63,065 bases of DNA, filler included, from Octopus bimaculoides (GCF_001194135.2; 6 parts of 6 records of this genome joined end to end with filler, not necessarily neighbours in it), one strand, 5' to 3'. Shown: positions 26,053 through 40,441, numbered from the whole stretch's first letter. Translations and numbers: made by a program. Notes: generated by a model from the sequence alone, not told the origin.

Positions 26053-26389
26053 AAATGTCATGGTCATTTTTTAATTTTTTTTATTAAACAGTAAAAGTAT
26101 CCTTTGTGATTAGAAGGAAATTTGGTTTTTGTATTTTGCAAGTCGAACGACCACTTAGATGCTCTTCCATAGGTCAACTGCTATGAGATGTATCCGTCGG
26201 TTTAATCGACTCCAGAGGTATACACCGATTTCATCAATTTATTTTATCAACCATGGAGTAAACAAAAAGCTAAGTGTACTACAGCGAGATTTGAACTTAA
26301 GACAAAAATGGATGTAACTAAAAATACCAGGTTTTCTGGTTCGAATGCATAGTAATGCAGCCATCATCTGCATCCTCAACACCACACAT

Positions 26390-26735
26390 TCGGTGGTACA
26401 TCCACTCTGGCACTCCATCGGATACGACGATGAGGGTTCTAGTTGATCCGATCAATGGAACAGCCTGCTCGTGAAATTAACATATGCAAGTGGCTGAGCA
26501 CTCCGCAGACACATGTACCCTTAACGCAGTTCTCAGGGAGATTCAGCATGATACAGAATGTGATAGAGCTGTCTCTTCGAAATACAAGTACCACTCACTT
26601 TTGCCACTTGAGTAGACTGGAGCAACGTGAAATAAAAGGGTCTTGCTGAGGGACACAACGCACCGTTGGGAATCGAACCCACGATCTTATGATCGTAAGC
26701 CGAATGCCACTAACCATTAGGCCGTGTGCCTCCAC
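26390..26735 (-). mobile_element. tRNA-derived SINE, family C (my label)
   Basis: Minus-strand head gtggaggcacacggcctaatggttagtggcattcggcttacgatcataagatcgtgggttcgattcccaac; tail shared with the 29838 and 32610 copies. Confidence 0.85.
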
Positions 26736-27898
26736 ACACCCACTCTACTTTACAGTCAAATAACATTAATTCAGCATGAGAGAGAGAGAGAGAGACCACA
26801 TTTTTTTGTCTTTCCTTACGTGGTTCCTTTCTCAAGAACATGGTACTCAAGTCCTCCCTCTCTCCCTCTACTCTCCTTCTCTTTCTCTTTCTCTGCCACT
26901 CTCACTCTCTCTATTCCCTTAATCTATTTTTTTCTCGCTCTACTTCTTAAATTCCTCTTTTTATATGTTTGTCTATTATATTTTCCCCGCTTCATTAAAA
27001 TTTTTATAGCATTCTTTCTTTCCTTCTTTATCTCCATCTCCCCCTTATACACGCAAACATACATGCAGTTGTACATGCTCACCCATAAAGACATACAAAA
27101 GTTGCCACCTTCATATATAAATATGTGTGTTTATGAGTTGAAGTGTGCGTGTGCGTATATACTAATGTATATTGTTCAAATATTTGCTAGCAGCATCTAC
27201 TTAAACAAGATAAATTTTTGATCTATCGAAGTTATTTCCGGTTCCAGAAAAGGTAGAACAATTACTTGGTGGTAGTTTGGACTTACTCCAAATGAGAAGG
27301 AGAAATAATCTCCATAATCAAGAATGCACCAGAAGTGTGAAGCCATTAAGGAAAAACTCTGATTAGCGGAGAAAAAGTGAATAGCTAGGTATGAATGTTT
27401 CTGCCTCGACGTCATCAGCGCAGCAATAAATGAAGCAAAAATGACCAAAGGGAAATAACTTTGAGCAGTCAGTGGCATGCATTATTTGTAGAATACATAA
27501 GAATTTAGCAAAATACAACATTCCTAATTTATCACAATCGAGAGTAATTTTCATAACTTTTTTTTAGATATTTTGAAGCTGAGATTTAAATCTCTAGTTT
27601 GTGTTGTTGTTGTTGGTGGCGGTGGTCGCGGCGGTGGGGAGGGAGATGGAGAGGGGTGTGTGAAGGTTAGGGAGTTGGTGTTACTCATGACGGCGGTGAA
27701 GGCGGTAGCGGCGTTGATGGTTGTGGTGGTGTGACACTGAAAGAAAAATCTGACATACCATATCGAATAAAATAAAAATATACATTCACACAAATTATCG
27801 CATTAATAATGTATTATTTCGTTACAAACGTCTTCTCGATTTGATGGGTCAATTAGGCGAGTGTCTCACATTTATGGTGTTATGTCAAAAATAACCGA

Positions 27899-27934
<36 letters not shown>

Positions 27935-27937
<3 letters not shown>

Positions 27938-28480
27938 CCAAATGGCTGGTTGGATTCTGAGATCATTCAGAGCAAGGAACATGGACACTATACTGTGAAC
28001 CTTTGTTCTTAGTGGTCGACTCATAGTGTCAAACTAACAGCGAAATTTGAGGTTATTCATCTCTGTTGCACCAAGAAAAATATCCAAATGCAACAGATGA
28101 GCCACTGGACGAGGCTTTAAAAAGAGTGAACTTTTATTCCCCAAGACGAAGATGTGAAAAATATGCAGGGCAATAAGTATAAAAAGCACCTGGAAATTCT
28201 AGCCCCAAACTTTGGGACTAAAACCTTTGCTAGCCATCGAACTGGGCACCACTGTATATTACCAAAGATCCCACTCTCTTCAGTAAGGAACCAATATTGT
28301 AACAGCCTAGGGTTCACAGAGCCACAGTTTACCAAGACCTTTGTAAATCTAGATGTATTTAAAGAGGGTTTAGACAAATTTATATCTGAGGTATCAGAGG
28401 AACTTATATTACTGCAAGAAACGCAAACAAGAAAACCCTTATCCAGTCTACTGATTCCCCGGAAGCAATCTCTGTGAGAG
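27935..28480 (+). mobile_element. L2/CR1-group LINE, decayed 3' end of the RT ORF
   Basis: GWILRSFRAR..., NFYSPRRRCEKYA, EILAPNFG...HRTGHHC...VRNQYCNSLGFTEPQ...FKEGLDKFISEV; matches the L.LYSL.RRR.RY and FK..LD.FL C-terminal pattern of this group. Confidence 0.75.
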
Positions 28481-28917
28481 GGACGTGAAAATGAAATGAA
28501 ATAAAGTAGTAATCATAGCAATGGTGGTGCCTCAGCACAGAAAAATGTTTTTCTCTTTTCTGTTTTTAGTTCTTCTTTTTAAATTCATCCATTGAAGGAG
28601 CTGGTTTCTAACAAAGATACAAAGATCTATTGTTGGAATGTAGATAACGAAAACAATGTATGTATGTATGTATGTATGTATGTATGTTTTCACAACGCTA
28701 AATTTATCCGCCGTTATGAAGGAAATAACGGGATTTACTCCGAGTTGCAGCGCATGTTAGGGAGTTACTTCCCTTGATAGAGTAAGTCTGCGAAGACTTT
28801 TTCTCAGTGTACATCAGAATCTCAGAATTTATTTTGTGTTATAACATAGACAGCGCAGGTGAAAATAGACACACACTGACACAGAAATACACGCACACAA
28901 ATTCGCGCGCGGACACA

Positions 28918-28959
<42 letters not shown>

Positions 28960-29837
28960 TAGACACAGAGATGTAATTGGCAAAAAGAGCTGAAGAAACT
29001 ACAAGTCATGTGATAATTTCCGATCGAAGACCCGCTCTAATTGTTTATTACAAAGTGGTCTCTTCCACACATGCAAACACAATAGTCATGTGATGGCCTT
29101 TGTCAGTTTGTTAATCCGAGCCACTGATTAGGTATACCAACAAAAAACAGGGACAAATCATTTGACACGCTTCCATGCAGTTTTTCTCTGTCGGTTCTTA
29201 GAATCGCCTTGAGAGTATAGCAGAATAATAGTTGCCCAAAGTGCCGCGCAATGGGACTGAATTCAGAACCACTTGTTTACAAAGAAATTTTTCTAACCGG
29301 TGCCTAGCTATTGTCAGTCATGGATGTAGGGGCAGAAAACTCATGCTGTGATTATCCTGGGAATAAATTTACTGATGTTTCCGAATAAAGAATTATATAT
29401 TTGAAGGGAAATAACTCTGATATCTCACAGATGAAAAAAAAAAAAAAAATGACGATATCAAAGGGAGATAATTCTCATATTTTAACGATGTGGTGTGCAT
29501 TGTATTATATACATGCGCGCGCTTGTGTGCGCGTGTGTATCAGTAGAATTTGTTGCTTCCTTTCATTCTTGTTGAAGGAAGTTGGAGTGTGGGGCTGGTA
29601 TTAGAATGTCCAGTTTAATGCAGTTTTAATCCTTATTTAATGTGTACTTTTAGCGGAGTTCGCACTGTTGTAAAGCCTCTGCTCCAACTGTAGTCACCAT
29701 TCTATATGACTTCAAAGCTTAAGATACTTTTTACTCTCACCGCTCTATTCGATGCCGCCGTTGCAAAAAAACTCATAACCCAAATTAATCAAATGTGATG
29801 TAATAGTTCAAACAGAGAACGCAGCCTACACGGGCTA

Positions 29838-30220
29838 GGTGGAGGCGCAATGGCCCAGTGGTTAGGGCAGCGGACTTGCGGTCATAGGATCGCGGTTTCG
29901 ATTCCCAGACCGGGCGTTGTGAGTGTTTATTGAGCGAAAACGCCTAAAGCTCCACGAGGCTCCGGCAGGGGATGGTGGCGAACCCTTCTGTACTCTTTCA
30001 CCACAACTTTCTCTCACTCTATCTTCCTGTTTCTGTTGTGCCTGTAATTCAAAGGGCCAGCCTTGTCACACTCTGTGTCACGCTGAATCTCCCCCGAGAA
30101 CTACGTTAAGGGTACACGTGTCTGTGGAGTGCTCAACCACTTGCACGTTAATTTCACGAGCAGGCTGTTCCGTTGATCGGATCAACTGGAACCCTCGTCG
30201 TCGTAAACGACGGAGTGCCA
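29838..30220 (+). mobile_element. SINE family C, near full length, tRNA-Arg-like head
   Basis: A-box TGGCCCAGTGG, B-box GGTTTCGATTCCC; tail ggaaccctcgtcgtcgtaaacgacggagtgcca. Confidence 0.9.
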
Positions 30221-30376
30221 ATAACACGGGCTAGAAAGAAAAGTACTGTATTTGATGACATATAAAACACATTTTTCAAACACACACACACACACACACA
30301 CACTAGATACCATATATGTATACATGCATGCGTCTATGTTTGTACGTAGCAATCTCTCTCTCACTCTCTCTCCATA

Positions 30377-30425
<49 letters not shown>

Positions 30426-30476
30426 TGGCTGTGCAATATGAAATTAATAAGCCATAACTGTGTTTATTTCTTAATA

Positions 30477-31300
30477 CACTGAACCACAAAAGAAACGTGA
30501 GACGTGTGTTTTAATTTCATTATGTTAGAAATAAATTTTGATAAATGTGATAAAGTCAATTTCTTGGATGCACTTTGACCACAATCTATGGAGCGTTGCA
30601 GTGGGCGGATCCAGAACATCGAGATTGTAAGGCGTGACATGTTCAATACCATGTATGTCCTCCTTAGGTGTTCAAAACGGCCATACATCGTCGGTACATG
30701 GAGTGTATGAGGCGGTTCACAAAAGCCATTGGCACCTGTGCCCACACCCTGAGGAAAGTTGCCTCCAGTTCCACATGAGTTGTCAGCCTTGGGACCACCT
30801 GGTTCAGCCGTTTCTGCATTTCACCCCACAGGTGTTCGATTGGGTTCAAATCCAGGTTGAGAGTCGGCCACGGAATGGTTCTAATGCTGTGCTGACGCAG
30901 GAAATCCATGGTGACTTGGCCGTGTGGGAGGGAACATTGTCCTGCTGGAATACGTGGCTATGGTGACGCGCGAAGGACACGATGTGACGTCTTAGGATCT
31001 GGTCAACGTAGCGCTGCACTGTGATGCCATTCCTTCTGCCTGCACCAACATTTTGGAACACATAAGGCCCAATTCTCTCATTCAGGGCTATAGTACCCCA
31101 AACCATGATGCTTTGGCCACCCCACGCGTCTCTCTTTATGACACATGCGTCTCTGTAGTGTTCACCTCTCCTATGTTACACCCTCACTCTACCAGCCGAG
31201 GTGGAAACGCAGTACTGGTGCCGTCAGAGAAGACTATCGACCTCCATTGTTGATACCGCCACTGTCGGTGCCGTGTAGCCCACTGTAGTCATGCCTGACG
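30477..31300 (-). mobile_element. Tc1 (DD34E) transposon, 5'-truncated, with 3' TIR and TA target site
   Basis: QWRSIVFSD...GQSIMVWG...VFQQDNVPSHTA / DFLRQHSIRTIPWPTLNLDLNPIEHLWGEMQKRL...*GGHTWY*; terminus TA|CACTGAACCACAAAAGAAACG at 30475-30497. Confidence 0.9.
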
Positions 31301-31565
31301 AGTTGAAAGATTACCTGCAATTTGGGTCTTAGGCATAAACCAGCATGTCTTGGAATATTTACACTTACATCCCCGAAATAAATTTTCAGAATTTACCATA
31401 TAAAAATGACATTTGAAAAAATCGCGTTTCTTCTGCGGTTCGGAGTTCCTGACCAGTACTGAAAAGCTGAAGGGTTCGCCATATATTTCCTGCCATGACC
31501 AACCTGTCTTTTTTATTTTTCCACACTCGAGGGTAAGAAAACTTAGCTAATATATTTCTAGTAGA

Positions 31566-31795
31566 GGGCGGCGAGCTGGCAGAATCTTTTGCACGCCGGG
31601 CGAAATGTTTAGCGGTATTTCGTCTGCCGTTACGTTCAAAGTTCAAATTCCATCGAGGTCGACTTTGCCTTTCATCCTTTCGGGGTCGATTAAATAAGTA
31701 CCAGTTACGCACTGGGGTCGATGTAATCGACTTAATCCCTTTGTCTGTCCTTGTTTGTCCCCTCTATGTTTAGCCCTCTGTGGGCAAGAAATAAA
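31566..31795 (+). mobile_element. SINE family B
   Basis: ggcggcgagctggcagaatc...gttcaaattcc...ggggtcgattaaataagtaccagttacgcactggggtcg. Confidence 0.9.
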
Positions 31796-32049
31796 TAAAT
31801 ATATTTCTAGTAGATTGCGTAACCATGTAGAGGCTCTTTCGTTTGTTGTATTATTATATAGGAGAGCAGTAATGGTGGAAATAGTAATTGTGGAACTAAA
31901 TATATGCTACAGTAATTTTTGTCCATAGCAGTTTGAAATTCGAATCCTAGTTATTTCACATATCATGATTGTAAGCTGCCACAAATATTCTCCAAGTTTA
32001 AATATATATAACAGTGTTTATAAGTCATACGTTTAATGGAAAATATATT

Positions 32050-32575
32050 CTTTACTACTCTAGGCACAAGGCCCGAAATTTTCGGGGAGGGGGCCAGTCG
32101 ATTAGATCAACGACAGTACGTAACTGGTACTTAATTTATCGATTCCGAAAGGATGAAATGCAAAGTCTACCAGGGATGAATTTGATCTCAGAACGTAAAG
32201 ACAGATGAAATACCGCGAAGCATTTCGCCCGGCGTGCTAACGTTTCTTATTTCTTTATTGCCCACAATGGGCTAAACATAGAGGGGACAAACAAGGACAG
32301 ACAGAGGGAGGGAATAAGTGGATTACATCGACCCCAGTGCGTAACTGTTACTTAATTTATCGACCCCGAAAGGATGAAAGGCAAAGTCGACATCGGCGGA
32401 ATTTGAACTCAGAACATGAAGACAGACGAAATACCCATTTCTTTACTGCCCACAAGGGGCTACTTAAAGGCAAAGTCGACCTCAGCAGAATTTGAACTCA
32501 GAACGTAACAGCAGATAAAATACCGCTAAGCATTTCGCCCAGCGTGCTAACGTTTCTGCCAGCTCGCCGCCTTTA
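32050..32575 (-). mobile_element. Nested or rearranged SINE family B fragments
   Basis: Three partial copies of gaatttgaactcagaacgta and gcatttcgcccggcgtgctaacgtttc. Confidence 0.75.
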
Positions 32576-32609
32576 ATAGAAAATACATTACTATATTAAA
32601 TATATTTAG

Positions 32610-32940
32610 TGTGTAGGCGCGAGGCTTAGTGGTTAGGGTATTCGGTTCACGACCGTAAGGTCGTGAGTTCGATTCACGGCGGCATGTTGTGTCCTTAAGC
32701 AAGATGCTGTATTTCACGTTTCTCCAGTCCACTCAGCTGGCAAAAATGAATAGTACATGTATTTCAAAGGGCCAGTCCTTGTCACATCCTGTGTAGCGCT
32801 GAATCTCCCCGAGAACTACGTTAAGTGTATGCGTGTCTATAAAATTCTCAGCCGCGTGCATGTTAATTTCACGAGCAGGCTGTTCCGTCGATCGGATCAA
32901 CAGGAACTCTTGTCGTCGTCGTAACTGACGGAGTGCAATA
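32610..32940 (+). mobile_element. SINE family C
   Basis: ggcgcgaggcttagtggttagggtattcgg...gagttcgattcacgg head; gtcgtcgtcgtaactgacggagtgc tail. Confidence 0.85.
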
Positions 32941-33193
32941 TTTAGTGTAATTTTTTTATCCGTGTCTGCTAACAAATCTTAAAATATTGATGCACTCACT
33001 CACTGATCAACACTGTTTAATACGTCTACAGACGACCTTGACTATAATAAATATTGGCATTTCAGCAAGATGAAAGCAATTTACCAATGACGGGGAAAAG
33101 CAGCATCAAATATCACCATTCAATATCGAATGATACAACACTGTGACCTTAGCGCTGTTATTTATGCAAAACTTTGATCGGTCATATTCAAAT

Positions 33194-33232
<39 letters not shown>

Positions 33233-36200
33233 NNNNNNNNNNNNNNNNNNNNNNNNNNNNNNNNNNNNNNNNNNNNNNNNNNNNNNNNNNNNNNNNNNNN
33301 NNNNNNNNNNNNNNNNNNNNNNNNNNNNNNNNNNNNNNNNNNNNNNNNNNNNNNNNNNNNNNNNNNNNNNNNNNNNNNNNNNNNNNNNNNNNNNNNNNNN
33401 NNNNNNNNNNNNNNNNNNNNNNNNNNNNNNNNNNNNNNNNNNNNNNNNNNNNNNNNNNNNNNNNNNNNNNNNNNNNNNNNNNNNNNNNNNNNNNNNNNNN
33501 NNNNNNNNNNNNNNNNNNNNNNNNNNNNNNNNNNNNNNNNNNNNNNNNNNNNNNNNNNNNNNNNNNNNNNNNNNNNNNNNNNNNNNNNNNNNNNNNNNNN
33601 NNNNNNNNNNNNNNNNNNNNNNNNNNNNNNNNNNNNNNNNNNNNNNNNNNNNNNNNNNNNNNNNNNNNNNNNNNNNNNNNNNNNNNNNNNNNNNNNNNNN
33701 NNNNNNNNNNNNNNNNNNNNNNNNNNNNNNNNNNNNNNNNNNNNNNNNNNNNNNNNNNNNNNNNNNNNNNNNNNNNNNNNNNNNNNNNNNNNNNNNNNNN
33801 NNNNNNNNNNNNNNNNNNNNNNNNNNNNNNNNNNNNNNNNNNNNNNNNNNNNNNNNNNNNNNNNNNNNNNNNNNNNNNNNNNNNNNNNNNNNNNNNNNNN
33901 NNNNNNNNNNNNNNNNNNNNNNNNNNNNNNNNNNNNNNNNNNNNNNNNNNNNNNNNNNNNNNNNNNNNNNNNNNNNNNNNNNNNNNNNNNNNNNNNNNNN
34001 NNNNNNNNNNNTATATATATATTACATAACTTTTCAGCTTATCGTACTTCGATACGGAAAAAATCCCCAATCTTTCGTCTCAATAAACCACTATTGTCCC
34101 TTTGGGTCCTGTGCTATCCGTCCACAATATAAATCACACTCGCATGTCATAACAACAATACAGCACAATTATTTCACTTCAATTGGCCGCCCTCTCTTTA
34201 ACATTACGCCAAAATAAAATGCAAGAAGTCTTTGGATAAACGTCTTCAAGAAATCTCGGATAAACCTCCTACACCCGGATATGTCTCCGTCAACATCAAC
34301 TCTCTACATGAGTGGGTTATGGTGTCCGGATCCTGATTTGAATGCCCTCACTAGGTGGTGCTATTAAGTTAGACATGGCTTGGGCCAATACTGGCCGAAA
34401 CCTACCATGAAAGGAAATTCGTTTTAACAAGTCTCTTCTGCGCTAGCCGATAGAGCGACTTTTAAGCTAGCATATAGCTTTTAAGAATGGAAAGATCTAC
34501 AAGTAGAGAATTTTCGAGAATTTGTTGCAATTGCTTCCTCCAGAGTCATATCCCAATGATAATCATATTCGTCGCAAAAAATCATGTGAAAAAAAAAATC
34601 GCCGAAAACTATCGCAGTAATGAAAACATAGGAATCTGAAATTTTAGAATTGCAGGTCTGGATTCAGCCCGGAATATTTTTAATTTACTGACGGAGTTAG
34701 ACTTTAGATNNNNNNNNNNNNNNNNNNNNNNNNNNNNNNNNNNNNNNNNNNNNNNNNNNNNNNNNNNNNNNNNNNNNNNNNNNNNNNNNNNNNNNNNNNN
34801 NNNNNNNNNNNNNNNNNNNNNNNNNNNNNNNNNNNNNNNNNNNNNNNNNNNNNNNNNNNNNNNNNNNNNNNNNNNNNNNNNNNNNNNNNNNNNNNNNNNN
34901 NNNNNNNNNNNNNNNNNNNNNNNNNNNNNNNNNNNNNNNNNNNNNNNNNNNNNNNNNNNNNNNNNNNNNNNNNNNNNNNNNNNNNNNNNNNNNNNNNNNN
35001 NNNNNNNNNNNNNNNNNNNNNNNNNNNNNNNNNNNNNNNNNNNNNNNNNNNNNNNNNNNNNNNNNNNNNNNNNNNNNNNNNNNNNNNNNNNNNNNNNNNN
35101 NNNNNNNNNNNNNNNNNNNNNNNNNNNNNNNNNNNNNNNNNNNNNNNNNNNNNNNNNNNNNNNNNNNNNNNNNNNNNNNNNNNNNNNNNNNNNNNNNNNN
35201 NNNNNNNNNNNNNNNNNNNNNNNNNNNNNNNNNNNNNNNNNNNNNNNNNNNNNNNNNNNNNNNNNNNNNNNNNNNNNNNNNNNNNNNNNNNNNNNNNNNN
35301 NNNNNNNNNNNNNNNNNNNNNNNNNNNNNNNNNNNNNNNNNNNNNNNNNNNNNNNNNNNNNNNNNNNNNNNNNNNNNNNNNNNNNNNNNNNNNNNNNNNN
35401 NNNNNNNNNNNNNNNNNNNNNNNNNNNNNNNNNNNNNNNNNNNNNNNNNNNNNNNNNNNNNNNNNNNNNNNNNNNNNNNNNNNNNNNNNNNNNTTAAAGA
35501 AAGCAAAAAATAAAACAAAAATGATAGCGTTCAGAATATTGGCGACAGGAATTTCTGTCAAAGAGACATGGTTAAACAAAGTTGTACATCATGTCTCTCT
35601 TTCTCTCGCATACCCACTCTTTTTCTCTCTTTTAGTAAAACATCATCAGCTCTCCCACTCTTTTTCTTTCTCTCCCTCTCTTTTTCTTTCTCTCTCTCTC
35701 TCTCTCTGTCTGTCTGTCTTCGCAACCGCCCTTCACCGTCTCTATGCCTACTATTATTCTCACCCATCATGAGGAATAGTAGGAGTGTCATTGAATAAGG
35801 GCATAGAGGGTCTAAGTGTGACACACTAACACACACAAATTAGTTTTCGCATTTATTATATTAGATACATATACATATATGCACACACACACACACACAT
35901 ATTTATTTATATCCCAACTTTCCCTGACGAATTATAAAGAAAGGGAAGCAAGACTAGACTTGTAAAACCGTAAGTTTAATAAATAAATATTTGTGAGTGG
36001 AAATATTATTTATTAAAATTAAGTTTTGTGGTTCAACTAGTTTTATAAACAGGAAATTACAACTGAACACACACACCTGATACACACCAAAAATACGCGC
36101 AGATTGCATACATAAACACATACAAATACATGTTTACATATATACATATATACTACTTCTATATCCAGGCTATGAATTCATATTCATAACAATAATAATT

Positions 36201-36912
36201 GGAGCACTAGGTTTTGTTAGTAAATGCTTAAAGACGAATCTGGATAAACTGAGATTTTCAGAAAGAGAAATCGACCGGCTAATTCATACATTACAAGTGC
36301 AAATATGTGAGTGGAACAATAAAAAGATGGAGCCTTGTATCTTTGTTGGAAACCGGCTCCCTCTTCAGTGGAACATTTATAATAATTAAAAAATAGAAGA
36401 GACATACATACATACATACATACATACATACATACATACATACAATTCGTTTGTTGAAAATGCATTTGTTTGAATTCCCATTGTGAATATATAATTATAC
36501 TGTTGAAACACAAGCCCTACTTCGTTTTGCCTTGTATTGATTTTCATTACCATATCTATCGAAGATTTAAGTTGTTTCTAGATTGTCTATTCACTGATAT
36601 TATGAATAATTAACTGTAATCACACGTTGCAAGCTTTATATTTGAATACACCAAGCTACAATACTGTTATACTCAGCAATGAACTCCACTCAATCCATCC
36701 TTAAGCCAATGCCAATACCAGCTATACTATCGTTAACACTGCGTGTCCACTCGAGACGTGCTAGAAATAACAGCTCGTTTTCAAAAGTGCATACACATAG
36801 ATCCCCTATATGTGTTTGTGTGTGTATATGCGAGCGTGCTTTTGTATGTTTGTGCACGCGCGAGTGTGTGTGTTTGTGTGTGTGGGATACATACATACAT
36901 ACATAGATACAT

Positions 36913-36971
<59 letters not shown>

Positions 36972-37872
36972 ATGATATATACACGCATAACATATACATG
37001 TGTGGGGGGAGAGGAGAGAGAGTGTGTGTGCGTGTATAATTATATATATATATAATATATTTATGACATATGAAGCATTGAACACAAAAAGAAGACAACA
37101 TAGTGGGACATGTTTTAACAACTGTTATATTAGTTTATAGCTTAAAAAGAAGGGAATAAATCTTGACGTTTCGGACGATAGACTTCTGTCAGACAAATTA
37201 AAGGTAAGTTGGTGGAAAAAATATAAAGAGAAAATGAGATTGGAAAAGAAAAGGAGAAAGGGGTTAGGAACTAAGTGTGAACACAAATTTATGGGAGTAC
37301 TAGGAACAGAAGAGAAGGTGGGGTGGTGTGTGCATGTGTAGGACGGTATCCACGTACACAGATGAGCATATCATATATATATATATATATATAAGCACAC
37401 ACTGAAGCATATACATATAATGGACATACATTAACACACACACGTAGTTATTCACGCACACACAAACATGATGCACAAAGAACAATATACAGGAACTACT
37501 TTACCAGATCCTTCGCTCACATACATAGCCACGCATACGCAAACCCCAGCGTGCACACAGAGGCGCAACTCTCTCTACATTCGCTCTTCCGTCTTAAAAC
37601 AATGCATTTAATTCACCATCCAGTTTTCGGGCAGTCAACTGTAACTGCATAAACCAAATCTAGCAAGATTTTTTCGGCGTATTGCACTTTTTAATTTTTC
37701 CTTCTTTTTCCAGTTTTACTCGTCTTCTTTCATCTTTTTCGCCGACGAAAGAGGATATCCGTAACGTTATAGTAATTTACACTTTCAATTTCCCTGAGTG
37801 CCAAGACAATATCTATTACTTTAAAAAATTCTATTTTTGTACTTCGCCCCACTACACTCATACATACATACA

Positions 37873-37903
<31 letters not shown>

Positions 37904-38092
37904 GCATGTATGTGTCTGTGTTTGTACGTATGTACATATGTATTGTTGTAAGTATACGCGCATATGTGTGTGTGTGTGCGCGCGTGTGTGTGTGCGCGCG
38001 TGTGTGTGTGTTAGAGTGTATGTATATATAAAACACGCACATAAAAAAACACACGGCCGCGAGTACACACACATACGCGCACATGCACACAC

Positions 38093-38094
<2 letters not shown>

Positions 38095-38128
<34 letters not shown>

Positions 38129-38295
38129 TGAGGTAGGGAGAGAGAGAGAGACTGAGGTAGGGAGAGAGAGAGAGACTGAGGGAGGGAGAGAGAGACTGAG
38201 GGAGGGAGGGAGAGACTGAGAGCGGGAGAGAGAGAGAGAGAAAGAGACTGAGAGTGAGAGAGAGAAAGAGAGAGGGAGAGAGAGAGGGGGGAGGG
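38095..38295. repeat. Compound (GA)n with interspersed ACTGAG(GTAGG) units
   Basis: gagagagagagactgaggtagg-type unit repeated. Confidence 0.85.
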
Positions 38296-39404
38296 AATAT
38301 GCATCAATTAATCACCAGAAGCGAAAACCGAATGCCGATGTCAAATCCGTTACCTTGAAGATAACATGTTGGCGCTAGCGAGATCGTTATGAGCTAGCGT
38401 AACCTTTATAAATAAACTGAGATATATTTAAAATGCCGACCGACTGTTTATAAATAGGACGGGAAATGTTAAACAGTTAAGAATTGTTGGGAAGTCTAAA
38501 TCAGTAACACATCCTGAATTTACATTGCTCGATACACGAATTTATGAGAAGCTCATGCGTGGTTGCTCGACTAGCAAGAAACAGTAGCTAAATCCTCTCC
38601 AAAAATCACACCTCAGAACCTTAAAAATAAAGTGAAGACATTAGAAATGATGTAGTTGTAGATAACCTTATACATGCGGAATTTTCATAGTAGTTTTATC
38701 GACTCGATCTGGGTTTAAACCGCCAGCACAACAAAAACGACGGCTATTACCACGACGACCGTCACCACGACGACGACCATGACGACGACGACGACGACGA
38801 TGACGACGGCCACCACCACCACCATCACCACCACAATAAAAGCAATAACAACAACAACGATGACGATGAGAATAACATCAACAGTAACAACCACATCGTA
38901 TCTGAATACACACTGTTTGTATATGGGGTAGTAAACAAATTGAAGACTAAAGCAAAATTCTTAGTTTGCCCTGAACTATAAAAATGTAATTGAACGGACA
39001 TGGTTGTTGAGATGCTGAGATAATAAATTATCAAAGTTATGACATTCCAAGTCACAGCCCTCACTCTCTGTTTGTTGCGAGTATAGTTTATTTTAATCTT
39101 TTGATAATCAAAGAATTAATTACACCTTAGAAATGTTCTTAATCAATAAATCTCACTATTTTCTTCAGCTATAAATTATTCATAAAAGGAAATTGAATTA
39201 TGTGTTTATATGTGTGTACTGTTAACAAGTGAGGTGCATGTGTAGGGGAGTAAATGGATGTGTGTAAGAGTAAACGCATATCTATATGTATATATAGTTA
39301 AACGTTTCACGCTTTGAAACTGCATGTTTTCGGGTTCAATGTCACTGTGCAGTATCCTGGGCAAGGGTCTTCTATTATAGTCCCGTGAGTGAATTTTGTA
39401 GGCA

Positions 39405-39615
39405 GAACTGGCAGAATCGTTACCGTGCTGGTCAAAATGCTCAACAGTAATTCGTCCTTCTTTACGTTCTGAGTTCAAGTTCCGCTGAGGTCGACTTTGC
39501 CTTTCATCCTTCTAGGGGTTCATAAAATAAATACCAGTCGAGCACAGGGGTCGATACAATCGACTTGGCCCTCCTCCAAAATCACTGGCCTTGTGCCAAA
39601 ATTTGAAGCCAATAT
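39405..39615 (+). mobile_element. SINE family B
   Basis: gaactggcagaatcgttaccgtgc...gttcaagttccgctgaggtcgactttgcc...ggccttgtgccaaaatttgaa. Confidence 0.8.
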
Positions 39616-40129
39616 TTAAGTCGGAGTCAAAGATTAAAATAACTGTACAAGATGCATTTATTGCCGATTGGCATGCAGTTTACCGTCGTAAAATTGGCAT
39701 GCAGTTTACCGTCGTAAAATACGACGGTAAGCTGAAAGCAAATCGTCTAAAAAATTGAAGTATATTGCGATAGAAATCGGAAGTGACGACAGAGAAATAT
39801 CAAAATTTCATGAAGCACCTATGATATCCAATGGGTTGGCTTCCTATGCATGTCTCGGCAACATCTATACTTATAAGCTCTCAACCATTCACCAAATTTT
39901 GTTGATCTGCACCAGAGGTTATCAACCATTTTTTTTTTTATCGACGGAGCCCTTTGGTTATTATTTTATTCAATATTTAATGACTAGTTCTGTTGAAAGT
40001 TATTTCAAAATTCTTTTCTTTTACACACATTAACTTCTGTAGGTTGAACCATGTAAAATATTAGAGAAAGAAACCTAGCTGTTTCTTACAATACATCTAA
40101 AGCAAAACTTTTTCTGGGGCAGTAAAAAT

Positions 40130-40441
40130 GCTATTGCAGATCTTTGATTTACTAATTTGATGCGTGGACCCCCAAAAGTTGCGGAACTGTTTCCGGAGGG
40201 AAATGCAATCTTTCAAGATGATAATGCACCAATTCACACAGCTAAAATTGTTACTGAATGGCACGAGGAACATTCTAGTGAAGTTGAACATCTTATCTGG
40301 CCACCACAGTCCCCAGATCTCAATATTATTGAACATTTACGGTGCATTTTAGAAAAACAAGTAAGGAGTCGATATCCTCCACCATCATCACTATAAGAAC
40401 TGGAGACTGTTTTAGCTGAAGAATGGACAAAAATTCCTTTG
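40130..40441 (+). mobile_element. Tc1 transposase, C-terminal fragment
   Basis: LFPEGNAIFQDDNAPIHTAKIVTEWHEEHSSEVEHLIWPPQSPDLNIIEHL...*ELETVLAEEWTKIPL (DNAPxH and WPxxSPDLNxIE motifs); runs into a gap. Confidence 0.9.

Noticed and set aside
27395-27422. Minus-strand CTGATGA...GAAAC hammerhead-like spacing (similar at 22316-22345)
   Set aside because: Stem I and II pairing and the cleavage triplet are not supported.
31862-31911. Exon-like ESSNGGNSNCGTKYML with a zymogen-like CG
   Set aside because: Looks like degenerate (AGT/GGT)n sequence with only a moderate donor.
37706-37760. Strong acceptor followed by ...FRRRKRIS|gtaacg, resembling an activation site
   Set aside because: Implausible preceding residues and a weak donor; no IxGG.
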